DNA from: a virus
Lineage: Duplodnaviria > Caudoviricetes
IMG/VR virus record: IMGVR_UViG_3300015242_000003
Span: 1-61,969 of that record
DNA: 61,969 nucleotides
Reading direction: 5' to 3' (one strand)
Below, piece by piece: positions 29,998-39,758 of the stretch; within the stretch, counting starts at the first letter, position 1, and each line of letters opens with the position of its first letter. The translations under genes and the position numbers were made by a program. Below the pieces are notes generated by a model. The model had not been told where the DNA came from. It did not search any database and was given only the letters and a program-made list of their open reading frames with translations.

Positions 29998-30085
29998 CCG
30001 TTTCCGGTTGTCGGTTCGATGTAACGAGCCGGCTTCCGAATGCGACTAGTACGATAGGCGCACCAAACAAGAAAGGGTTTAACCC

Positions 30086-30415
30086 ATGAAGATCCGAAAC
30101 GCTTTCGTCGCCCTGCTCTCCCTCGCCTTCGTTGCGACTGCGGTGCCCGCCGTTGCGGCTTCCTCAGCTTCGACCACGACCCACTACGAGTACCCCTCCG
30201 ACGTGCAGGCCGCTCGCAAGGTGTGCTTCCGGGCGGAGCGCGAGGCTCGAGACATCCCGGGCGGCGACCAGGAGTACATCGCCTGGTGGAATGCGAACGA
30301 GGGCACCGTTGCCCAGCTCGACTGGACCGCCGCGTTCGACGCCTGCAAGGACGCGAACGAGGTCGCGGGTGCGAAGTGGTCCGCTGAGTGGTACTCGAAC
30401 TTGGTTCGCAAGTGA
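30086..30415 (+). CDS. secreted hypothetical protein
   Basis: Signal peptide MKIRNAFVALLSLAFVATAVPAVA; one Cys pair. Confidence 0.7.
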   Translation: MKIRNAFVALLSLAFVATAVPAVAASSASTTTHYEYPSDVQAARKVCFRAEREARDIPGGDQEYIAWWNANEGTVAQLDWTAAFDACKDANEVAGAKWSAEWYSNLVRK

Positions 30416-30497
30416 AGCCGACGCTGTTCGGTGGCGGTTGCGTCGTCCTGCTCTTTATCCTTCTTCTCTCCACCTACGCGATTGTCGAGGTAGTCCT

Positions 30498-30695
30498 GTG
30501 ACTGAACTCCGCGAAGCACTCGCCTGGGTTGTCCTCATCGTCCTACTCGCCATCCTCGCCGTGGGGACCGTGTACCTCATCGCCAACGGGGTCGCCAACC
30601 ACTACCAGGACAAGCAGCAGGAATGCCTGCAAAGCTATTTCCCCACTGAATGTCACATCGATCCCATCATCACTGTTGTTGGAGGGAAGCTGTGA
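30498..30695 (+). CDS. small membrane protein
   Basis: One TM segment and a Cys pair; GAGG RBS. Confidence 0.5.
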   Translation: MTELREALAWVVLIVLLAILAVGTVYLIANGVANHYQDKQQECLQSYFPTECHIDPIITVVGGKL

Positions 30696-30954
30696 AAACC
30701 TGGCCGTTCACCTGGACTCCACCGGCCCCGTCGTTTCCTCGTCCGCCCCGGGAAATCACTGAAAGCGAGCGTGCGTCCATCATGGTCGCATCCCGGGTGG
30801 TATCCATCGGGTAGCACAAAGGAGGTTTGATCGCTATGAAGAGCGAGCGTAAGTTCGTTGATGGCGAGGAAGTCGTCTGGGATATCTTCGAGAACGATTG
30901 GGTGACTCTTGCCTATTGGGAATGGGTAAACGGGAGATCGATCGAGGAGGAGTC

Positions 30955-31089
30955 ATGAAGAGCATCTTCTTCGGGGCGATGTGCTTCTGGGCCGGCTACC
31001 TGACGTCGGTGTTCGCGAACTTGCTCGGAGCGAAGATGATCAACTGGAGCGAACAGGAGCAGACGCTCATCCGGGCGACTGCCGACTAG
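30955..31089 (+). CDS. small membrane protein
   Basis: GAGGAGGAG RBS; hydrophobic. Confidence 0.45.
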   Translation: MKSIFFGAMCFWAGYLTSVFANLLGAKMINWSEQEQTLIRATAD

Positions 31090-31106
31090 CAGAAAGGGTT
31101 CAACCC

Positions 31107-31460
31107 ATGCCACTTTGGAGCAGCGACCCCAAGAAGAAGGCCCAGGTAGCGAGAGACCGAGCGGACATCGCGAAGACAGAGCGCGCGACGAGGCAGAAGG
31201 CGTACACCGACAAGGTGCGCCACGAGGCGATCCGCGAGGACCTCGACAAGGGCGGCACAGCGGAAGACGCGAAGTTCATCGACGATTTTTACGGCCTGCT
31301 TGGCGGCATCAAGCCAGGCAAGATCGCCAAGGCCTCGAAGAACAAGCGGGCAACCAAGGAAACCGTCAGGCAGATCAAAAAGGTCGAGGCCAACCCAAAG
31401 CTCAGCCGAACCGTCCGAAACAAGGCCGCCAAGGTCCGCAAGCAAATTGAAGGAAAGTAG
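31107..31460 (+). CDS. basic hypothetical protein
   Basis: Preceded by the AAGGGTTCAACCC start motif; phage-like codon bias. Confidence 0.65.
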   Translation: MPLWSSDPKKKAQVARDRADIAKTERATRQKAYTDKVRHEAIREDLDKGGTAEDAKFIDDFYGLLGGIKPGKIAKASKNKRATKETVRQIKKVEANPKLSRTVRNKAAKVRKQIEGK

Positions 31461-31470
31461 AATTCAAAGA

Positions 31471-31529
31471 GCCTCGTTGCTCGGTAGGGAGCATAAGGTG
31501 CAGGTTCGACTCCTGCACGAGGCGCGCCA
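31471..31529 (+). ncRNA. tRNA-like element without an anticodon arm
   Basis: Acceptor stem GCCTCGT/ACGAGGC, D-like arm TGCTC-GGTAGG-GAGCA, canonical T arm GCAGG-TTCGACT-CCTGC. Confidence 0.75.
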
Positions 31530-31552
31530 ATAATGGCAACGAGAGGGAGAAG

Positions 31553-32497
31553 ATGAAGCGATTCGCACTAGCTTTAGCAGCGTTGCTGCTGGGGTTCTTC
31601 GGGGTATTCGCGGGCACAGCTTCGGCCCAAGAGCCGGCCGTTGCATCGGCATGTGCGCCTGGTTGGGTGGCGACTTACGAAACAGATGTAGTCGCCAGGG
31701 AGGATGACAGCCCGAGTCACGGGGTCTGGGCAACGGATGCGTTCCATCGTCAGTCGATCGTGTATTGCAATGAGAATGGGACTTTCAGCCTGGAGTTGAT
31801 TGACTCGGGTGAATTCACGGCTACCAAGTCGCCAGTTACAGGTGCCGCTATCACGGCGACCGGGGATTTCTCTGGGGGAGCGAAGTTCGTTGTCACCAGC
31901 GAGGAGTCTCCAGTCAACAATACGTCGGTAGGCGCGGATGGATCGAAGAGTTCCCAGGACTGGGCGAAGCTTATTTTCCCGAATAGCACCCACGAAACAA
32001 GTCATTGGGGCTGGACATATTCCACCAATTGCGAGAGCTACTCGCAGGTAAATTCGGTTTACACAGGTGACATCACAGGCAAAGTTTGCGAGACTCCGCC
32101 CGGGCCGGTCGACCCAGACCCCGTCGATCCGATCGACCCCGTTGTACCGGAACCGACCGATACTCTGAACTGTCCGGATTTCCAGTATCAGGAGGACGCC
32201 CAGGCCGAGCTGAACAAGGATGTCTCGGACCCGCACCAGCTTGACGGCGACTCGGATGGCGTGGCGTGTGAGAGTCTGCCGCATCGGCCGGTCGTCACCC
32301 CGGAACCGGTTGTGCCTGTCGATACAGATGGCGGTCTGACAAGTGGAAGTAGCAACAGTAACGATCCGCAGGATCTGGCCTACACGGGCACCGATGGCTC
32401 GAGTGTAGGCTGGATGCTCGGGATCGGCGCAGGCTCCCTGCTGGCGGGTGTCGGCCTGGTGCTGTGGCGACGCAAGACCAACAAGGACGTGCTCTAG
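31553..32497 (+). CDS. sortase-anchored surface protein with an Excalibur-like Ca-binding domain
   Basis: Signal peptide; LNCPDF...[11 protein letters not shown]; LAYTG motif followed by a TM segment and WRRK tail. Confidence 0.85.
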   Translation: MKRFALALAALLLGFFGVFAGTASAQEPAVASACAPGWVATYETDVVAREDDSPSHGVWATDAFHRQSIVYCNENGTFSLELIDSGEFTATKSPVTGAAITATGDFSGGAKFVVTSEESPVNNTSVGADGSKSSQDWAKLIFPNSTHETSHWGWTYSTNCESYSQVNSVYTGDITGKVCETPPGPVDPDPVDPIDPVVPEPTDTLNCPDFQYQEDAQAELNKDVSDPHQLDGDSDGVACESLPHRPVVTPEPVVPVDTDGGLTSGSSNSNDPQDLAYTGTDGSSVGWMLGIGAGSLLAGVGLVLWRRKTNKDVL

Positions 32498-32526
32498 CTT
32501 GACGGCCTGCGCCAAGAAGCCTGAAC

Positions 32527-32555
32527 TTGCCAAGTTTAAGGAACTCGGGTAGACT
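32527..32555 (+). promoter_or_regulatory. promoter TTGCCA-N17-TAGACT
   Basis: Matches the repeated consensus. Confidence 0.8.
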
Positions 32556-32593
32556 GGCGCAGGCCAGAGCGGAACGACGAAGGGTTCAACCCG

Positions 32594-33037
32594 ATGAGTA
32601 TCACCTGCGGACACTGCAAGGGCACCCACACCAGCGTGGACGAGGTTCGTGCCTGCTCGCAGGGCAAAGGTGTCTCTGCCGAAGAGCGCGAGGCGGCGGC
32701 CGTCCCGACAAAGAAGCGGGCCGACGAGGGCATGTACCGCAAGGCCGGCTCGATCTACAAGGTCCAGAAGGCCGTGCACGGCTCGGGCCGCAACTACGCG
32801 AAGCGTCTTGTGCAGGTGCTCGCGAACGACCCGAAGACCGGCAAGCCGAAGTTCCGGTTCGAGTACGCCCCAGGTTTCATCTTCGAGCTGCGGAGCGAGC
32901 ACAAGCTCTCGCTTGAGCAGGCGAAGGAATTTGGCGCTCTCTATAACACATGTGTGGTGTGTGGGAGAACCTTGACAAATGAAATTTCTGTAGAATTGGG
33001 AATTGGACCTATTTGCCGAGACAAGTACTTCTCATGA
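32594..33037 (+). CDS. DUF6011-like Zn-binding protein
   Basis: CVVCGRTLTNEISVELGIGPIC. Confidence 0.75.
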   Translation: MSITCGHCKGTHTSVDEVRACSQGKGVSAEEREAAAVPTKKRADEGMYRKAGSIYKVQKAVHGSGRNYAKRLVQVLANDPKTGKPKFRFEYAPGFIFELRSEHKLSLEQAKEFGALYNTCVVCGRTLTNEISVELGIGPICRDKYFS

Positions 33038-33468
33038 GTCGGCCGCGCAAGAGCATCACATATCGCGCGATTCACAAGCGCCTAAGTGTTGATCGGGGAC
33101 GAGCCCGAGATTTTGCTTGTTCCCGATGCAATGCTTTGGCCCGGGAATGGGCATATCTTTACAATGGCGATCCTGAACTTGTGGCTCCAGACGGAAAAAG
33201 ATATTCAGTAAATCAGGATTGCTACGAACCGATGTGTAGCAGTTGCCATAAGAAGTGGGATCACCAGAAGGATCCAGATCGGCATGCAGTCAAAACACAA
33301 AAGGCTCGCGAACGGATGATTGCGATGAATAAGGATCCGAAATATCGCGAAGTCCGATTGGAAAACAGTCGACGAAATGGTAGAAATGCAATTGCCCGAA
33401 TGCGAGAAAATGGAAATCTAGAAGAGTTCGCTCGGAAGGGCGGTCTAGCTAGGCATCGGAAGTTCTAG
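33034..33468 (+). CDS. HNH-like homing endonuclease (divergent)
   Basis: YRAIH...RGRA...CSRC...YEPMCSSCHKKWD; lower GC than its neighbours. Confidence 0.65.
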   Translation: MSRPRKSITYRAIHKRLSVDRGRARDFACSRCNALAREWAYLYNGDPELVAPDGKRYSVNQDCYEPMCSSCHKKWDHQKDPDRHAVKTQKARERMIAMNKDPKYREVRLENSRRNGRNAIARMRENGNLEEFARKGGLARHRKF

Positions 33469-33548
33469 GCGCTACACTGCTCGCGGGAGCCGGTCTCGTC
33501 GCCCGACATCGGACCGGCTCCCCTCCTCCGCTAGAAGGGTATAACCCC

Positions 33549-34574
33549 ATGGACACACCCCAGCACATCCTCGACAAGGTCTCGAACCTCGTCGGGAAAG
33601 CCGAAGACTTCCGCAGGCATGGGGAGCACGGCAGCGCAGACGCCGCACTAGCGCTCGCAGACAAGATGATGGTGAAGTACGCGATCGACGCTGCTCTTCT
33701 CGAGTCGCACAGGCCGAAGAACGAGCGCGAGGTCCCGATTTCGATCGACATCGTGTTCCCCTCCGAGCACGTCTTCGAAGACGACCTGTTCCTCCTGATC
33801 TCCAGCATCACGCAGCACGCGCGCTGCAAGACGGTTGTCCGCGCCTGGGGTGGCAAGGCAACGGTCGTCGGCTTCCCGGTTGACGTCGAATACGTTCGGA
33901 TGCTCTGGACCTCTGCCTACCTCGCTTTCGTCTCGAAGCTCGACCCGTCCTGGGATGCGAGTCGACCGGCCGACGAGAACATCAAGATCCTTAAGGAAGC
34001 CGGCTGGAAGTGGGACGACATCGCGACCCAGGCGAACGCGCACGACTTCCCCTGCAAGTCGAACGACGGCAAGTTGAAGGCCGCGTATCGGCGGCAATGC
34101 AAGCTCGAAGGGGTCGAGCCCGTTCCCCACACCCAACGGCACGCGGCCTACCGTGCCGCCTACGCCGAGGGTTTCCAGCGCACGATTCGCTACCGTCTCG
34201 AAATCCAGCGCCGCGCGGCGGAAGACGTCGTCTCGAAGACGGCCGGTAGCGCGGTTGCGCTTCGGGACCGGTTCTCCGACGTGAGCGATGCCTACTACGA
34301 GCTGTTCCCGCACCTGCGCCCGATGTCCGCCGAAGCTCTCGCGAAGTACCGGGCCGAGCAACAGGCGAAGCTGGACAATATGACACCAGCCCAGCGAGCC
34401 GCACAGGAGCGTGCGGAACAGCGCGAGCGCAAGCAGAGTCATGCTCGTTGGGAGCGCGAGCAGGCGAAGCGACAGGATGCCGTCGGACGTGCCGCCGGAA
34501 GTGCAGCGGCCCAGCAGGTCGACCTCGGAGCCACGAAGGTCAACGCTGATAGTACGAAGAAGGAGATCTCATGA
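33549..34574 (+). CDS. DUF2786-like domain protein
   Basis: ILDKVSNLVGKAE...AALALADKMMVKYAID; AYAEGF motif. Confidence 0.7.
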   Translation: MDTPQHILDKVSNLVGKAEDFRRHGEHGSADAALALADKMMVKYAIDAALLESHRPKNEREVPISIDIVFPSEHVFEDDLFLLISSITQHARCKTVVRAWGGKATVVGFPVDVEYVRMLWTSAYLAFVSKLDPSWDASRPADENIKILKEAGWKWDDIATQANAHDFPCKSNDGKLKAAYRRQCKLEGVEPVPHTQRHAAYRAAYAEGFQRTIRYRLEIQRRAAEDVVSKTAGSAVALRDRFSDVSDAYYELFPHLRPMSAEALAKYRAEQQAKLDNMTPAQRAAQERAEQRERKQSHARWEREQAKRQDAVGRAAGSAAAQQVDLGATKVNADSTKKEIS

Positions 34575-34849
34575 CCGATGATCATGATTTGGGATATCTA
34601 GGTTGGGCAGATGCGATACCCGAGGAAGAATTTACGGATTTGGACCTTAGGATCGTAGGGGCCTGTCTCGTTCAGGATGAACAGCATCCCGAACGCGAAG
34701 TAGTTAAGTATGAGGTTACCAAGGATGGAGATAAAGAATTCCAAGGATTGCCTAGGATTATTCACGTAGGATTATTCATCACCCCCACGACGAGTCGGCT
34801 CGGCAAGCTCCTGCTCGAAGAAATCGAAAAGGTCCAAAGGGGAGAGTAA
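34571..34849 (+). CDS. hypothetical protein
   Basis: AAGGAG RBS, ATGA overlap. Confidence 0.55.
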   Translation: MTDDHDLGYLGWADAIPEEEFTDLDLRIVGACLVQDEQHPEREVVKYEVTKDGDKEFQGLPRIIHVGLFITPTTSRLGKLLLEEIEKVQRGE

Positions 34850-35042
34850 GTGTTCAATTTGTTCGTTCTCGTCGGTCGGGGTCTCGTTCTTCTTCTCTCA
34901 ATCGCAACCTTCCTGTTCTTCGTCCTCGGATACTTTGGAGCAATCTCATGAACGGATATGAACTGGCCTTCTGGATCGTTGTCGTCGTGATCGTCGCTCT
35001 CATCGCTGTGATTTGTTGGCCCGGGGGAAACGGAGAGGAAGA

Positions 35043-35318
35043 GTGACCGCCGGACGTAGCCTCCTGGAGATGCTCTGGGAGGAACTCGACTCGATCGTCG
35101 ACCAGATCATGAGCGAAGACGGACGGCCTTCTGTTCCCGACACGCGGATGTCAGGAGAGCTACAGGAGATAGCGGACGAGCAGATGGCATACGGCGAGCT
35201 ACGCGGGCAGGCACAAGGCGTCGCGTACGCTATCGCCGTGATAACGGACCCCTATGCGCCCGATGTGCCGAAGATCCGGGAGCAGGCCATGCAGCGCTGG
35301 GAAGATGGTGCGGAATGA
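35043..35318 (+). CDS. hypothetical protein
   Basis: RBS with GTG start, coupled to the next gene. Confidence 0.55.
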   Translation: MTAGRSLLEMLWEELDSIVDQIMSEDGRPSVPDTRMSGELQEIADEQMAYGELRGQAQGVAYAIAVITDPYAPDVPKIREQAMQRWEDGAE

Positions 35319-36121
35319 TCCTGCACTACGTGGAGATGGCCGAGGGGACCGTCCATGTGCACGCTCCGGGATGTGAGGGGCTCCGGTCCCAGGTCAAGGC
35401 TGGCCTTGTGTTCGAGATCGACGTGGAGGACGAGGACGACGCGCTCACGGCAATCTGGGAGGAGTTCCTCGGAGACCAACCCATTACCGAAGAGGAACTC
35501 GACACCTTCGCGGAGATTACGGTCTTCCGCGACTGTGCCGAACCCCTGCTCGAGGAAGCAAGCGAGGCAAGCGGGAACGAGCGCGCCGACGCGTTCATGG
35601 ACACGGCCGAGCAAGCAGGTTGGGACGTCGAGTTCGAAGAGGCAGACGGCGCGGTAATCGTCAAGGCGATGCGCGACACAGAGGTTATCGAGATCGTTTG
35701 GGAAGGCAAACGGATCCTGCATGTTCCGCAGTATGGCACCGACGGCGGCATGTTTCGGAACTTGCGCAACGAGTCGGACGCGCGACGTATGCTCGAGCAG
35801 CCGGCCCCTGGACCAGATGTAAAACCAACCGTGGCGGTAGAGACGCGACAGGTGAAACGAGCCGAGCCTGTGCGACGTACCCTGAAGGTCAAGTTGCCAT
35901 TCGATATTGAGGAGGCGTATGACGACGAGATCCTCAACGCAGTGCGCGGGAGACGTTTGACTTGGTGGAACAACATCTCTGAGAGTTACGAGACGACTCG
36001 CGTCGCGGGAGTCAAGCACAACAAGATCGAAACTGGAAATGCCGGCAGGGCCATCCTCACTTTTATCTCGCCCGAGGGTTTCCGCTCTGTCGCCCTAGAA
36101 GATTTGGTGCAGGTGAAATGA
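35315..36121 (+). CDS. acidic hypothetical protein
   Basis: 268-aa ORF with phage-like codon bias. Confidence 0.7.
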   Translation: MILHYVEMAEGTVHVHAPGCEGLRSQVKAGLVFEIDVEDEDDALTAIWEEFLGDQPITEEELDTFAEITVFRDCAEPLLEEASEASGNERADAFMDTAEQAGWDVEFEEADGAVIVKAMRDTEVIEIVWEGKRILHVPQYGTDGGMFRNLRNESDARRMLEQPAPGPDVKPTVAVETRQVKRAEPVRRTLKVKLPFDIEEAYDDEILNAVRGRRLTWWNNISESYETTRVAGVKHNKIETGNAGRAILTFISPEGFRSVALEDLVQVK

Positions 36122-36490
36122 TGAAGAAGGCAATGAAAGTGATGTTTAGCCCCTTACTGCTTATCGTCATTTTAATTGGCGTAGGAGTTTGGGCTGAACA
36201 TGAAAATCCGCATGGGCCGACCGTTCAGGATTGCGAGCGGATGCACGCCCGTTCATTCACTATGAAGCAACTCCAAGACATGGGATGCTGATAATGGAAA
36301 ATATGAAAAATGTCTTTGTGGTATTAGCTTGGATTCTTGCTGTTGGATTCGGGGGTGCAGCGATCGTAGCTGCGGTTACCACTCTGGTGATGGCTGTCGT
36401 TCGGGACGAACAGGCACGGAAGCCACGTCGACCGGAGATCGGTTCCGACCTGGAAAGCTTGTTCGGTCCCGACCAGGCGTAACTCCAGAT

Positions 36491-36519
36491 TTGCCAATTT
36501 CTCCAAGTTGGAGTAGGCT
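36491..36519 (+). promoter_or_regulatory. promoter TTGCCA-N17-TAGGCT with an internal palindrome CTCCAA-G-TTGGAG
   Basis: Matches the repeated consensus; lies upstream of the helicase gene. Confidence 0.8.
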
Positions 36520-36550
36520 GGCGGCCGAGTGAAGTTCTGAGGGAGGCGAC

Positions 36551-38500
36551 GTGCGCAAGGTCCAGGTTGAACGTAGCGACAGCGGCAAGCGGAACCGTAT
36601 CTACTTGCGCACGCCCTATTCGCCCGACATCCCGCGCCTGTGCAAAAAGGTGTCCGGGGCTTCCTGGTCTTCGGCTAAGAAGCTCTGGAGCTACCCGCTC
36701 GAGTACTCGACCTGTGTCGAGCTGCGAGAGGTGTTCGGCACGGCGCTCGAGATCGGCCCGGAGCTGTGGCAGTGGGCTCGGAACGAGCGTGTGCGGGCCG
36801 ACGAGATCGCGAGCGCCCTCGGGTCTGGCGAGGTCGATTGCCCGCGCGTACGGACGCAGGAGCCCCGGCTATGGGCCGCGTTCGAAAACCGCCCCTACCA
36901 AAAGGTGCAGGCAGCCGTAGCGGCGAAATCTCGTTACTGGCTTAATGGAGACGACCCGGGGCTCGGCAAGACACTCGAGACGTTCGGCGCGGTAGTCGAA
37001 GCCGGCATCGAAACGGGCGTCGTGTTTGTGCTCTGCCCGTCCGTCGCGATCGACTCGACCTGGGCCCGCGAGATCGCTCGCTGGCTGCCGAACGACAACA
37101 TCCTGCCGTGCGTTGGAGATCGTAAGCAGCGGCTCGCCACGCTCGAATCCCTTGCTCACATCCCGACCGACCGCCGGACCTGGTTGATCGGCAATATCGA
37201 AATGTTGCGCGTGAAGTTTTCCGCGCATTGTCCGGGGCCGACCGATAAGGAAATGAAAACCCTCATAGGGCGAGGGGACGGGGATCCGTGCGATGGGGAG
37301 TACGTCGGGTGCCTGTACGCGGGGCGGCATAAGCAGGTTGCCGAGCCGAGCTACCCGGGTCTGTTCGAGCCGAATTGGCAGGCTATCGTGCTGGACGAGT
37401 CACACAAGGCGATCGTCACGACGAAGAGCCGAAAGCAGAAGCAGAGCCAGACACGCGTCGGTTTCGGCATGCTCAAGCTCGCCGAAGACGGCTTGCGGCT
37501 CGCGTTGTCCGGGACCCCCTGGCGCGGAAAACCTCAGAACTTCTGGGGCACGTTGAACTGGTTGCGGCCCGAGATCTACACCGGATATTGGCGATGGGCC
37601 GAGAAGTTCTTCGACATCGAATCGAATGGCTTCGGCCGGACGATCGGCGATATAAAGCCTGAGATGGAAGAGGATTGGGGCAAAGAACTCGATTCCGTTA
37701 TGCTGCGCCGAACGAAGGGCGAGGTCGCGAAGGACTTGCCGCCGAAGCTGTACGCGGGCACGCCCCACGATCCGGACGACGAGGACAGCCCTGTCGGGGT
37801 GTGGCTCGACATGGATCCCGCGCAGGCGAAGGCCTACCACGCGATGCGTGCGAACGCGGCAGCACAGCTCGAGGGCGGCACGCTCATGGGGAATGGCTTG
37901 CTCTCTGAGATGACTCGGCTCATGCAATTGTCGGTGTCTTCCGCGAAGCTTGCAAACGGCGAATTCGTCCCGACGTTGCCGAGCAACAAATTTAACTGGC
38001 TGGTGGAGAAGTTCCTCCCAGAGCGCGGGATCCTTGGAGATGCCTGGGGAGATAAGAAGGTCGTTATCTCGTCGAAGTACACGTCAGTCTTGAACATGTT
38101 CCGTGCCGAGCTGACGAAGCGAGGCGTTGCGAGCCACATCCTGACTGGCGAGACGAAGGCTCGTGACCGGACAAGGCAGATTGCCGAGTTTCAGGGCGAG
38201 GGCGGACCGCGTGTGTTCTTCCTGAACACGAAGGCTGGTGGCGTATCGATCACCCTGGATGCAGCGGACGACCTGGTTGTACTTGACAGAACCTGGATTC
38301 CCGACGACGATACGCAGGTCGAGGACCGGATCCACCGCGTCTCCCGCACAGACCACCAGGCTACGATTTTCTACCTGTACAGCGTCGGCACGATCGAAGA
38401 GCACATCGCCGTGACAGCTGAAGGTCGCGACAACATCCAACGTAAATTTCTCGATGGCCGCAGGGGCGTCGAATACGCGAAAAGGTTGGTAGGATCATGA
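36551..38500 (+). CDS. SNF2-family DNA helicase
   Basis: DDPGLGKT, VLDESH, LSGTP, MLRRTK, AGGVSITL, QVEDRIHR. Confidence 0.92.
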   Translation: MRKVQVERSDSGKRNRIYLRTPYSPDIPRLCKKVSGASWSSAKKLWSYPLEYSTCVELREVFGTALEIGPELWQWARNERVRADEIASALGSGEVDCPRVRTQEPRLWAAFENRPYQKVQAAVAAKSRYWLNGDDPGLGKTLETFGAVVEAGIETGVVFVLCPSVAIDSTWAREIARWLPNDNILPCVGDRKQRLATLESLAHIPTDRRTWLIGNIEMLRVKFSAHCPGPTDKEMKTLIGRGDGDPCDGEYVGCLYAGRHKQVAEPSYPGLFEPNWQAIVLDESHKAIVTTKSRKQKQSQTRVGFGMLKLAEDGLRLALSGTPWRGKPQNFWGTLNWLRPEIYTGYWRWAEKFFDIESNGFGRTIGDIKPEMEEDWGKELDSVMLRRTKGEVAKDLPPKLYAGTPHDPDDEDSPVGVWLDMDPAQAKAYHAMRANAAAQLEGGTLMGNGLLSEMTRLMQLSVSSAKLANGEFVPTLPSNKFNWLVEKFLPERGILGDAWGDKKVVISSKYTSVLNMFRAELTKRGVASHILTGETKARDRTRQIAEFQGEGGPRVFFLNTKAGGVSITLDAADDLVVLDRTWIPDDDTQVEDRIHRVSRTDHQATIFYLYSVGTIEEHIAVTAEGRDNIQRKFLDGRRGVEYAKRLVGS

Positions 38501-38835
38501 GCGAGATATTTTGGGAAGTAGTGGGTACTGCTGAGCAGGCATCCTGGTCTATGGACGCTTTGGTATTTGGCGGACTTTTCGTGTTGGGCTGCCTCTGCGC
38601 TATCGCGGGTATCTGTATTCGGGCCTATCTGCGGAGCTACCTGCTCGGGATGTACCGCAAGGCCTATCGGCGCGGGCACGAAAGCGGGGCTACTCAGGGT
38701 TGGGAACTTTGCAACGCAGGTTGGCTCGCGCGTCGACGCGAGGAATTGCGTAACGCCCGACGTACGTCGGAGCCCCGCGAGGACGCTGGCCCGAGTGCCC
38801 GAGTCTCCAAGGCACGATTTACCAGCAAGGGGTAA
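38497..38835 (+). CDS. membrane protein
   Basis: One TM segment; ATGA overlap. Confidence 0.5.
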   Translation: MSEIFWEVVGTAEQASWSMDALVFGGLFVLGCLCAIAGICIRAYLRSYLLGMYRKAYRRGHESGATQGWELCNAGWLARRREELRNARRTSEPREDAGPSARVSKARFTSKG

Positions 38836-38910
38836 TGCCGCTAATTGCGGCACCAGCATCTATCAGAGTAAGGTTGCGAACAGACTTACCAACTAGGAGG
38901 AAGTTCCGAC

Positions 38911-39570
38911 ATGGCAACGAAGAGTAGCAAGGTCGACCCGGAGTACGCGAAGTACCTCGACAAGGAACCTACGACGCTGATGGAGCACATCACGGAGTGG
39001 ATCCTCGAGAAGACGGGTTTCGACCCGAGCGATAGCACCCCGGAGGAGGCGTTCGAGCGTGGCGTGGAGCTGACGGTCGCGCTCCGCAGCCACCACCAGG
39101 CGTCCGAGGAGAACCAGGCTCGACTCGAGGTCGCTCGCGAGGCGGCCGAGGCACGCGAAGCCGAGAAGGCAGAGCGACGGGCCGAGCGTGAGCGCGTCGG
39201 GGCGGCAGCGCGTGGACGGCTGCCGAAGCCTGCGGCCGACGACGACGAGGAGCCGAAGCCGGCTCGCCGTGGGCGAAAGGCAGCCGCGCAGGTAGCCGAG
39301 GAGGCTCCTGTCGAGGCGCCGAAGCGTCGGGGGCGCCGTACGGCCGCTCCGGTCGCAGAGGCAGTTACCGAGCCCGCTAAGCCGCGTCGCGGTCGGCCGC
39401 GCAAGACGGCTGGAGCGGGAGGCGTTGACGGTGTTGAGGCGGCCGAGTCCGCGTCCGTTACCCCGATCCGCAAGCGGAGTACCCCGGTAAAGGCCACCGA
39501 TCCCACGACGGATGAGGCGCCGAAGCCGACTCGTCGGGCAGCGCGGCGAGATGGCGAAGCCGCGTTCTAG
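38911..39570 (+). CDS. histone-like/AT-hook DNA-binding protein
   Basis: Strong RBS; PRRGRPRK and several RRGR repeats. Confidence 0.65.
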   Translation: MATKSSKVDPEYAKYLDKEPTTLMEHITEWILEKTGFDPSDSTPEEAFERGVELTVALRSHHQASEENQARLEVAREAAEAREAEKAERRAERERVGAAARGRLPKPAADDDEEPKPARRGRKAAAQVAEEAPVEAPKRRGRRTAAPVAEAVTEPAKPRRGRPRKTAGAGGVDGVEAAESASVTPIRKRSTPVKATDPTTDEAPKPTRRAARRDGEAAF

Positions 39571-39758
39571 ACTTTCCGACAGGCTGGTGCGCCTGTAAGC
39601 ACCATTCACGACGTCCGGGCTACATACCGGTGGTCCGGCCGTTGTGGTGGAGGCTCCCGAGGTTTGGTCCGCTGCCTACGCGGGAGCTTCCTCCAGAACG
39701 GTTTTCAACGGAGGGAAACCATAGTGAAGCTTTATTTGTTGACTCGTAAAATCTCGCC

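Noticed and set aside
31471-31529. Functional decoding tRNA gene
   Set aside because: There is no anticodon stem-loop; reported as a tRNA-like element instead
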